Shown here: piece after piece, positions 18,466 to 26,124 of the stretch | Position numbering within the stretch: the first letter of the stretch is position 1 | How the letters are laid out: the number at the start of each line of letters is the position of its first letter | Assembly: GCA_049322255.1 (NCBI GenBank) | Contig: JBMORE010000146.1 | Coordinates: forward strand, 1 to 64,000 | Source: Myxococcota bacterium | GTDB taxonomy: Bacteria > Myxococcota > Myxococcia > Myxococcales > Myxococcaceae | Direction: 5' to 3' | Length of the DNA stretch: 64,000 nt | Notes under the pieces: generated by a model | Told to the model about the DNA's origin: nothing | What the model saw: the letters and a program-made list of their open reading frames with translations, nothing else | Databases searched by the model: none | Position numbers and translations under genes: made by a program

Positions 18466-19116
18466 GTGAAGACGACGATGTTCTGCATGGCTGCGCTGCT
18501 CACGCTCGGGGTCGCCTCCGCCCGCGCGGAAGAAGGCGGGACGGTCAAAGGAAAGGTGTCTGGAGCGGACGGGGCCTCCACCGTGGTGGTCTATGTCGAA
18601 AAGGTTGCCAACAGCACGCCCAAGAGCTCCGAGCGCAAACCTCCGGAGATGACGCAGCGCAACTCGGCCTTCGTCCCCTCGGTGGTGGTGGTGCGCGCGG
18701 GAGAGTCGGTCGCCTTCCCCAACGAGGACAAGATTTACCACAACGTGTTTTCGCTCACCCCGGGCAACGACTTCGACCTGGGCTTGTACCGCAGCGGCGT
18801 GAGCAAGACGGTACAGTTCAAGGAACCGGGCGAGGTGGACGTGTTTTGCAACATTCACCCCGACATGGTGGCGAAGGTCTTGGTCCTCCAGAACGACTAC
18901 TACGCCGAGGTCAAAAAGGACGGCAGCTACGAGATCCGCGGGCTGCCTCCGGGGAAGCACGTGGTGGTTGCCTGGACCCCGGAGCACAAGCCCGAGCGCA
19001 AGGAGATCGCCGTCCAGGCGGGCAAGTCGGCGAGCGCCGATTTCGGCCTCTCCCGCCGGGAACAGTCCAAGGGCCACCTCAACAAGAACGGCGAGCAGTA
19101 CGGGCGCTACAAGTAA
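18466..19116 (+). CDS. Periplasmic cupredoxin-like / carboxypeptidase-regulatory-like protein, copy 1
   Basis: Signal peptide; NEDKIYHNVFS, FDLGLY, FCNIHPDM (His/Cys/His/Met type-1 Cu pattern). Confidence 0.82.
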   Translation: MKTTMFCMAALLTLGVASARAEEGGTVKGKVSGADGASTVVVYVEKVANSTPKSSERKPPEMTQRNSAFVPSVVVVRAGESVAFPNEDKIYHNVFSLTPGNDFDLGLYRSGVSKTVQFKEPGEVDVFCNIHPDMVAKVLVLQNDYYAEVKKDGSYEIRGLPPGKHVVVAWTPEHKPERKEIAVQAGKSASADFGLSRREQSKGHLNKNGEQYGRYK

Positions 19117-19146
19117 GCCACGCCCGTTTCGAAAAGCGATGACGCC

Positions 19147-21078
19147 GTGAAAATATCGATGGGCCTGGGGGCCCGAATCCAGGTGCTCACCGTGGCCCTG
19201 GCTTTTGTGCTCAACGTGGTGAGCCTGGGGGTGGTCGGGCTCTCGTTGTGGGTCCAGGGGAAGTCGGGGCTGCAGCGGGACTTGGAGCGAGCCAAGGTCA
19301 GCTTCGACTCCACTCTCGCCCAGCGGGGAGAGATTCTCGAGGCGGGGGCGCGCGCGGTGGCGGGAACGCCATTGCTCAAGGCAGCACTGAGCGTCGCCGA
19401 TGATGTAGCCACCATCCAAGATGTCGCCGAGCAGCAGCGGCGCACTCTGGGAACGGATCTGCTCATCTTGCTCGACGGAGAAGGGGTGCTGCGCGGCGCC
19501 AGCCCTCCGGTGTCCAAGGAAAACGACGTTGCGCAGGCGGCGCAGTTGGAGCAGCCCGGCCCGGCGCTCCTCGATGGGCGGTTGTACCTCTTGGACGCCC
19601 AACGCATCGAAGCGGGAGGCCAGACGCTGGGGTTCGTGCTGGTCGGCACCCGGCTCGATTCGTCCTTCATGGCGGAGTTTCAGAAGCAATCGGGCGCGGA
19701 GCCGGTGCTCCTTGCGGGCGGAAGGGTTCAAGGCGAGGCCATGCGCTCGGCGGGCGCGCAGGCGCTCATCGAGGCAGCGAACAGCCCCCCGGGGCTTTTC
19801 GAGGTCGAAGTCAGCGGAACGTCGCTCTTGGTGCTCAAGAGCACCTTCGGCGAGGGGGGCGGGCTTTTCTTGGTGCGCAACCAAGACGAAGAGTTTGGCC
19901 GGTTCCGGAGCACGCTGTTCTTGCTGCTCGGCTTGGGGGTGCTCAGCTCGGCGGCCATCGGCGTGGCCGGGTTCTTCATCACCCGGCGTCTCACCCGGCC
20001 GCTGCGCGAGCTGACGGAGGCCGGGTACCGGGTGCTCGAGCACGACGACTTCGGCCAGGAGCTTCAGGTGCAGGCGACCGGGGAGGTGGCGACCCTCGCC
20101 TCGGTCTTCACGCACATGTTGGCGAAGCTTCGGGGGCTGTTGGGTCAAATTCAGGATGCGGCGACCCGTATCGCCGTCACCACCGAACAGATTGCCGCCA
20201 GCTCGAAGAAGCACGAGCAGGGCATGGTGAAGCAGGCCACGGCCATCAGTCAGACGTCGGCGACCACCGAGGAGCTGACCCGGTCCTCACGGCAGACGGT
20301 CGTCAGTGCCACCAGCGTCGCCGACATCGCCGACAAGACGCTCACGGCGGCGAGGGCGGGAAAGGAGAGCTCCCACTCCTTCTCCACCGCTGCGCTCAAG
20401 GCGCGGGAAGACCATCAGGCCATCGGGCAGGCGATGGAGGCGCTCACCAAACAGGTGAAGCAGATCGGCAAGATCGTCGAGTTCATCAACGCGGTGGCCG
20501 ACAAGTCGGACGTTTTGGCGCTCAACGCCGAGCTGGAGGGCACCAAGGCAGGGGAGGTGGGCCGGGGGTTCAGCCTGGTGGCCACCGAGATGCGCCGGCT
20601 GGCCGAGAACGTGCTCAAGTCCACCAAGGAGATCGAGCAAATCATCGAGGAGCTCCGGGAGGCCACGGGTGAGGCGACCCGCGCGACGGAGGCCGGCAAG
20701 AAGGGCGCCGATGCTTCGGTGGCCCTGGCGCAAAGCATGTCGGGCAGCCTCGATTCCATCGTCGCCCTCGCCGTGGCCACCTCCGAAGCGGCCTCGACCA
20801 TTTCGCAGGCCACCCAGCACCAGCAGGCGGGAACCGAGCAGCTCCAAGAGGCCATGTCCGAAGTGCTGCACATCAGCCAGTCGAGCTTGGAGGCCACGCG
20901 TCAAATCACCAAAGTCACTCAGGACCTATCTTCGCTGGCCCAGGAGCTGACCGCGGTGGTCGATCGCTTCAAGGTGAAGCCCGCTCCCCCCTCCGAGCAG
21001 AACAGCGCGGCGTCCCCAGCAGCGGCGGGCACGGCGTCAGGCCCAGCGTCCGGGCCGGTGCGTTCTTCAGTGGTTTGA
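19147..21078 (+). CDS. Methyl-accepting chemotaxis protein (TM-periplasmic-TM-HAMP-signalling)
   Basis: Hairpin tip LALNAELEGTKAGEVGRGFSLVATEMRRLAE; two TM segments; HAMP LTRPLREL. Confidence 0.93.
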   Translation: MKISMGLGARIQVLTVALAFVLNVVSLGVVGLSLWVQGKSGLQRDLERAKVSFDSTLAQRGEILEAGARAVAGTPLLKAALSVADDVATIQDVAEQQRRTLGTDLLILLDGEGVLRGASPPVSKENDVAQAAQLEQPGPALLDGRLYLLDAQRIEAGGQTLGFVLVGTRLDSSFMAEFQKQSGAEPVLLAGGRVQGEAMRSAGAQALIEAANSPPGLFEVEVSGTSLLVLKSTFGEGGGLFLVRNQDEEFGRFRSTLFLLLGLGVLSSAAIGVAGFFITRRLTRPLRELTEAGYRVLEHDDFGQELQVQATGEVATLASVFTHMLAKLRGLLGQIQDAATRIAVTTEQIAASSKKHEQGMVKQATAISQTSATTEELTRSSRQTVVSATSVADIADKTLTAARAGKESSHSFSTAALKAREDHQAIGQAMEALTKQVKQIGKIVEFINAVADKSDVLALNAELEGTKAGEVGRGFSLVATEMRRLAENVLKSTKEIEQIIEELREATGEATRATEAGKKGADASVALAQSMSGSLDSIVALAVATSEAASTISQATQHQQAGTEQLQEAMSEVLHISQSSLEATRQITKVTQDLSSLAQELTAVVDRFKVKPAPPSEQNSAASPAAAGTASGPASGPVRSSVV

Positions 21079-21088
21079 AGGACGAAAG

Positions 21089-21631
21089 CTACTTGTCCAT
21101 CTTCTGGCTGAGCTCTCCGGTCAACCGGAATCGGGCGTGACAGGCCACGCAGTCTTGCTTCAAGTGCATGAACCAGTGGGCCGCGCCCTCGGCATCGAGC
21201 TCGAGCGCCGAGACCTGAATGGCGAACGCGTGCCCTTGCATCTGGTCGAGCAGGGCGTAGTAGCCCGACATCCGGTCGAGGTCCAACTGCGGGTGCATCA
21301 GCGAAGCTTGCCGCACACAGCCCAAGAGAAGCCCTGCGGTGGTGCTGATGTCCTCCATCCGCGCCTGCTTTTCACGGGTGTCATGGTGAATGGCGTACGA
21401 GATGCGGGTCACCGCGGGGTTGATCTTCGAGCGCATCAGCGCGCTCAAGTTGTCGGCGCCTTCCTTGTCGTTGCAGGGCAGCACGATCGCGGGTGGCAGG
21501 CTGGGCGGAGCGCTGATCGTCTGCATCGGAGCTTGCGGCGCACGGTTCTCCTTGGCCCACAGCAAGAACCCCAAAGCAACGGAGGAAGCGCCCAATACCG
21601 CGACGAGGACGGCTAGGGTCTTGACTTTCAT
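21089..21631 (-). CDS. Membrane-anchored monoheme cytochrome c (class II / c'-like)
   Basis: ATG at 21631 overlaps the upstream stop; N-terminal TM; helical body; C-terminal CVACH. Confidence 0.75.
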   Translation of the reverse strand: MKVKTLAVLVAVLGASSVALGFLLWAKENRAPQAPMQTISAPPSLPPAIVLPCNDKEGADNLSALMRSKINPAVTRISYAIHHDTREKQARMEDISTTAGLLLGCVRQASLMHPQLDLDRMSGYYALLDQMQGHAFAIQVSALELDAEGAAHWFMHLKQDCVACHARFRLTGELSQKMDK

Positions 21632-22347
21632 GAGGTTGTATTCCCTTTCGATGAGCTCCACATTCGGACGAGTGACATCGCCGACATTCCAAGTATTGAG
21701 GCGACAAAGCAAGCATTTCCAAATGGCCGCAACCAAGCAAAGCCAAGGTCGAGGCGCATCAACCACCACCCTCCGAAGTCGACCGCCAACCCGCCGAAGG
21801 CCATGAGGATGGCCGCGGTCTTGATCCGCTCGGAAATCCCAGAGGCAGAAAAGAGGAAAGTGGCGATGGCGCACAGCAGGCCCACGCCAATCACGTGAAC
21901 CTTGGTGACCTGGAGCTGGCGTGCCACCGAAGGGGTGGGAGGCGCCATGGCTGCCGCGCGCGCTCGTTCATAGTTGTCGAGCAGCCGAAAGGATGCCGCC
22001 CCGGAGCTGTGGTGGCAGCGAACGCACCGGTCGTCGAGCAAGGCGGCGACGTCTTGGCGGTACCCTTCGGGGGTGGCCCCATTCATCACCCAGGAGGTGA
22101 GGAGCCCGACCTCGGCTGCATCGGTCAGGTGTTGCCTCATCGGGCCGTGAATCTGAGCAACCAAAAGCGAGGAGTAGCCCCCGGTGAAGGCGAGCTGAAG
22201 GTCTCGCACCGACAGGCCCGGATTGCCGTCGGCGGCTTGGTTGTGCCGCCAGATGAGTGCCTCGCCCAGCCCGACGGTGGCGACGACCGTCAGCACCACG
22301 CACGTCACCAAGACCTTGAGCGAAGTCGAAAGTGAGGAAAGCTGCAT
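21628..22347 (-). CDS. Integral membrane protein with a periplasmic CxxCH heme-c domain
   Basis: One N-terminal TM, CVRCH, then about three TM helices (KVHVIGVG...DFGGWWL). Confidence 0.72.
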   Translation of the reverse strand: MQLSSLSTSLKVLVTCVVLTVVATVGLGEALIWRHNQAADGNPGLSVRDLQLAFTGGYSSLLVAQIHGPMRQHLTDAAEVGLLTSWVMNGATPEGYRQDVAALLDDRCVRCHHSSGAASFRLLDNYERARAAAMAPPTPSVARQLQVTKVHVIGVGLLCAIATFLFSASGISERIKTAAILMAFGGLAVDFGGWWLMRLDLGFAWLRPFGNACFVASILGMSAMSLVRMWSSSKGNTTS

Positions 22348-22383
22348 CGGTTGCACTATCCGCGAATGAGCCGAGGTGTCAAT

Positions 22384-23016
22384 TCATCGAGGGTGGGTGT
22401 CGGGAGTCGACCGAAGGTTCAAGGTGAAATCGACGCGCGCGCTGCCCTTGGCGGGAATGACGACCTGGCGGCGGTCTGCTTTGTGCTCGGGAGACCACAC
22501 CGCGAGGGTGTAAGTCCCCGCGGGGAGGTCTTTGAGCAAGTAGGTTCCGTCTGGCTGGATGGGAGCGAAGAAGTCGTTCTCTACCACCAGCACCTTGGCC
22601 TTCATCTGAGGATGGAGGTTGCAGTACACCTCGACCTCGCCCGGTCGGTTCAGCACCGCCGAGCGGCTCGCGCCATCGCGATAGAGCCCGAGGTCGAACT
22701 CGTTGCCCGGCGTCAGCGAATAGACGTTGTGAAAGATGCGGTCTTGGTTGGGGAAATGAAGGCGGGTTCCCGTTGGGACGACCAGGGCCTTGGGAGAGAA
22801 CTCGGCGGCCTTCTGAATGATCTCCGCCTCCTTCTTGGGGGCAGGGCGCGCCTTCGAAGGCAGCTTTCCTTCCACGTACACGGTGGTCGCCGGTGCCACG
22901 CCTCCCTGGGCTGCCACGGTGCCCGATACCGCGCCGGTTTCGGCCGAAACGGCGATCGCCGGCCAGAGAACCACAGAAGTGGCGAGCGCGCACATGAGCA
23001 AGGAGCGGACGACCAT
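22384..23016 (-). CDS. Periplasmic cupredoxin-like / carboxypeptidase-regulatory-like protein, copy 2
   Basis: NQDRIFHNVYSLTPGNEFDLGLY, YCNLHPQM; clear paralog of 18466..19116. Confidence 0.82.
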   Translation of the reverse strand: MVVRSLLMCALATSVVLWPAIAVSAETGAVSGTVAAQGGVAPATTVYVEGKLPSKARPAPKKEAEIIQKAAEFSPKALVVPTGTRLHFPNQDRIFHNVYSLTPGNEFDLGLYRDGASRSAVLNRPGEVEVYCNLHPQMKAKVLVVENDFFAPIQPDGTYLLKDLPAGTYTLAVWSPEHKADRRQVVIPAKGSARVDFTLNLRSTPDTHPR

Positions 23017-23042
23017 CGGTTTCCCTTCGATGATCGATGCCT

Positions 23043-24071
23043 TCAGGGGGCGGGGGCGCTGCTGACGCGTTGGGCGTAGGGAATGTCGGTGTCGAGCGCC
23101 TTGAGCAGCTCCACGAGGTCGGCCTTCTCCTGCGGTGTCAGCTCAAGCGGCTTCATCTTGGGGTCGAGCCAATGGTTCTTCTCTCCGCCGCCGTCGTAGT
23201 AGTCGATGACCGCCTCCAGCGTGGCCACGCTTCCGTCGTGCATGTAGGGCGCCGTCTTGGAGATGTTGCGCAAGGTCGGAGTCTTGAAACGGCCCTGATC
23301 TCCCTCTTTCTTGGTGACTTTGTGGCGGCCGAGGTCGGGTGACTTCGCGACCATCCCCACCCCGATGTTGTGGAACTGGTAGTCGGTGAGCCCAGCGTCT
23401 TCCGGGCCAATCTCGTGACAGGTGGTGCAGAGCGCTTTGCCGCGGAAGAGCTCGAGGCCCCTGGCGGCCGCTGCGGACAGGGCGTTCTTTTCTCCCGCGT
23501 ACAGGTAGCGATCCAGCGCCGACCTTCCGGCGACCACCGTCCGCTCGAAGTCGGCGATCGCCTGGGCCGCTCGCTCGGCGGTGGGAGGGCCCCCGAACGC
23601 CTTCTGAAAAGCCTCGCGGTACTCCTTTAGGCCGGAGAGTCGCTTCACCAACTCCTTGCGCGGCAGGTCCATCTCCAGCGGGTTCTCGATCGGCCCGAGC
23701 GCCTGCTCCTCCAAGGAGGCGGCGCGGCCGTCCCAGAAGAAAGCGTCGAAGATGCGGATGTTCAAGATGCTGGGGGCATTGCGCCCGCCTTTGCGCCCCT
23801 TCACTCCGATGGACACGGGCCTGGGCTCAGCGAAAGCGTGCGCCGGGTCGTGGCAGGTGGCACAGGAGACGGTCTTGTCCCGCGAGAGCCGTTTGTCGAA
23901 GAAGAGCTTTTTGCCCAGCTCGACGCGCTCCGCTGAGGGCTCTTCCTTGGGCGCGCCCATGGGAGGCACTCCGAGGAGCTCTGGGGCCGGCTTGGAGTCT
24001 GCCCACGCCATCAGGGCGGCCGCCGAGAAGAAAACCGCCGTCACTCCGCCCAAAGTCTGCTTCCAGCTCAT
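23043..24071 (-). CDS. Diheme cytochrome c peroxidase family protein (MauG/MbnH-like), copy 2
   Basis: Signal peptide from ATG 24071; CATCH, CTTCH, RNAPS, FWDGR, FKTPTLRN..TAPYMHDG. Confidence 0.92.
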   Translation of the reverse strand: MSWKQTLGGVTAVFFSAAALMAWADSKPAPELLGVPPMGAPKEEPSAERVELGKKLFFDKRLSRDKTVSCATCHDPAHAFAEPRPVSIGVKGRKGGRNAPSILNIRIFDAFFWDGRAASLEEQALGPIENPLEMDLPRKELVKRLSGLKEYREAFQKAFGGPPTAERAAQAIADFERTVVAGRSALDRYLYAGEKNALSAAAARGLELFRGKALCTTCHEIGPEDAGLTDYQFHNIGVGMVAKSPDLGRHKVTKKEGDQGRFKTPTLRNISKTAPYMHDGSVATLEAVIDYYDGGGEKNHWLDPKMKPLELTPQEKADLVELLKALDTDIPYAQRVSSAPAP

Positions 24072-24155
24072 CGCTCGTCGACGACTCACTCGCACTCTCC
24101 TCTTGATGGGAAACGCTATCGTGCGGCCATCGTGGGCGTCTAGCCCTTTCACCGC

Positions 24156-25187
24156 TCAGAACGAGAGCTCCGCCCCCAAGGTCGCCAACCCCGCCGCTTC
24201 GGCGGGGGCCTCGACCGGCATGTCGCGCTGGAGCGCCAAGGCTCCCCACACCCGAAGGCGTTCCGCCAGCTTGAATGTCCATTTGGTGGAGAGAATGTGG
24301 GCCTGGCCTTGGGTGGGGACGTACTTGTCGTACACGTAGGACAGCTGCCCACGTACCCGCCGATGGAAGCGGTGCGACAGGCTCGCTTTGAGCTCGAATT
24401 GAATGGGCGCTGCGGCGAAGCCGCTCACCGCGTCGGCCTGAAGCAGCCGGCTATCGAGGAGCTCCAGCCCAGCGAGGATGCGTTCGAGGCGCGCGCCGGC
24501 TTCGAGCGCCGCGTTGGCGAGCTTATCCTGAACGAGTCTCAGCTCGGCTTCGGTGAAACGCCCCGCGGTGAGCGGGTTCGCGGAGTACGTGAAGTAGCTT
24601 CCGCGCAAAGAGAGGTCGGTGTCGCCCCGATAGATGAGGGTGGCGCCGAGCGCTGGGCGGAGCACGGCCAGAGGCACCTGACGGAGCTCGACCTGTGTCC
24701 CGATGGCTCCTCCCCGTCCCAGCCTGTGGAAGGTGGCGGAAAGTGAGCCGTCGGCGGTCCACTCCCAATCGGACAGGCCCGCGGAGTCATAGGCCAAGGA
24801 GAGGGTGCCTCCCAGGCTCTGGCGACTGGTGACCAAGGCAAGCTGGTTGGTGAGAACGAGGGGAACGCGATCGGTGGTGCGTGGGCTCGCGGTCGCCAGC
24901 GCGGCGAGGTACCAGTGAGAGGAGAGGGCGTGGTCTACCCCGGCGCACAGTTGGTGGGAGAGCGCGGGAACCACCGCCGGCACTTCGGGGGTCAGCGCTT
25001 CGATCGCCGGAGGGCGCGTGACGCCGTAACAGAGGGTGAGAAAAGTCTCATCGGCCCGGAGCTCGACGTCTCCGGTCAGCTGAAGCGCCAAGTAGCCGCG
25101 GGCGGCGCTCGTCTCCACCGAGAACGCATGTGCCCACGCCTGGGCAGGCAGCACGCAGACGGCGGCGAAGGCCAGTGCATTCCTCAT
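24156..25187 (-). CDS. Hypothetical outer-membrane beta-barrel protein
   Basis: Signal peptide (AQAWA), amphipathic strands, C-terminal GAELSF. Confidence 0.65.
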   Translation of the reverse strand: MRNALAFAAVCVLPAQAWAHAFSVETSAARGYLALQLTGDVELRADETFLTLCYGVTRPPAIEALTPEVPAVVPALSHQLCAGVDHALSSHWYLAALATASPRTTDRVPLVLTNQLALVTSRQSLGGTLSLAYDSAGLSDWEWTADGSLSATFHRLGRGGAIGTQVELRQVPLAVLRPALGATLIYRGDTDLSLRGSYFTYSANPLTAGRFTEAELRLVQDKLANAALEAGARLERILAGLELLDSRLLQADAVSGFAAAPIQFELKASLSHRFHRRVRGQLSYVYDKYVPTQGQAHILSTKWTFKLAERLRVWGALALQRDMPVEAPAEAAGLATLGAELSF

Positions 25188-25278
25188 CAGCGTAAGAGCT
25201 TCGCAAACTCCACCTCCACGTTGAACTCCACTCGCGGCGAAAGTTGCGTGAGGTAGGGGTTCGGCTAGCGTTCATGAG

Positions 25279-25737
25279 ATGTCGCGAATTGTGGCAGCGC
25301 TGATGGTCGCGGCCTGCGCGGGGAGCAGTGCGCCTCCCGCTCCGGCCTCACGGATTCGAACCGGCCCGGCATTTTCGAAGGCACCCGCGGCGGGAGTACG
25401 GTGCGACTCGACCCTGGTATGCGATGGCGGGTGTTGCTTTGACATTCAGGAGACTTGCATTGAGCCGAATTCGAGCTGCCCAAATGGACGCCCAGACTGC
25501 GACGGTCCGGAAGACTGCCCCGCAGGCACGATCTGCTGCATCGGAAACGCCACTGAATTTTCTGTTGCCGCGAACTGTTCAACCCCCGCTCTGTGTACCG
25601 GTATCAACCATGCCCGCGCGTGCAACGGTGATGGCGACTGTGCGCCGGGCGAACACTGCTGCCAGGCGCTCAATCGAGAGAATCCGCAGCTGACCTCGTT
25701 CGAGGTCGGCGCGTGTCAGACCGCCCCCTGCGGCTGA
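25279..25737 (+). CDS. Small Cys-rich putative lipoprotein
   Basis: VAAC lipobox; CDGPEDCPAGTICC and CNGDGDCAPGEHCC repeats. Confidence 0.7.
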   Translation: MSRIVAALMVAACAGSSAPPAPASRIRTGPAFSKAPAAGVRCDSTLVCDGGCCFDIQETCIEPNSSCPNGRPDCDGPEDCPAGTICCIGNATEFSVAANCSTPALCTGINHARACNGDGDCAPGEHCCQALNRENPQLTSFEVGACQTAPCG

Positions 25738-25770
25738 GCGAAACCGCTCAACGGAGCGCCAACCTCCACC

Positions 25771-26124
25771 CCGCGACGAAAGTTGCGCTAGAACGGCGGC
25801 CCCATGTCCGCCAAGTTCATTTCCGAGGTCAAGCGCACCCACACCTGCGGCCAGCTCACCGGCGCAGATGTAGGCAAGGTCGTCGTTCTCTTCGGGTNNN
25901 NNNNNNNNNNNNNNNNNNNNNNNNNNNNNNNNNNNNNNNNNNNNNNNNNNNNNNNNNNNNNNNNNNNNNNNNNNNNNNNNNNNNNNNNNNNNNNNNNCCG
26001 CGACGAAAGTTGCGCTAGAACGGCGGCCCCATGTCCGCCAAGTTCATTTCCGAGGTCAAGCGCACCCACACCTGCGGCCAGCTCACCGGCGCAGATGTAG
26101 GCAAGGTCGTCGTTCTCTTCGGGT
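25771..26124. other. Scaffold gap (100 N, 25898..25997) flanked by an exact 127-bp duplication (25771..25897 = 25998..26124); assembly artefact
   Basis: Identical aspS promoter and 5' sequence on both sides of the Ns; 127 matches a common assembler k-mer size. Confidence 0.9.

Noticed and set aside
15857..25187. Methylamine utilisation (mau) or methanobactin (mbn) cluster
   Set aside because: No methylamine dehydrogenase subunits, MbnABC, MbnP or TonB-dependent receptor are recognisable; only the peroxidase family is shared.
25804..25897. Apparent second, truncated aspS copy
   Set aside because: It is an exact 127-bp overlap on both sides of a 100-N gap, so a scaffolding artefact rather than a duplication or pseudogene.
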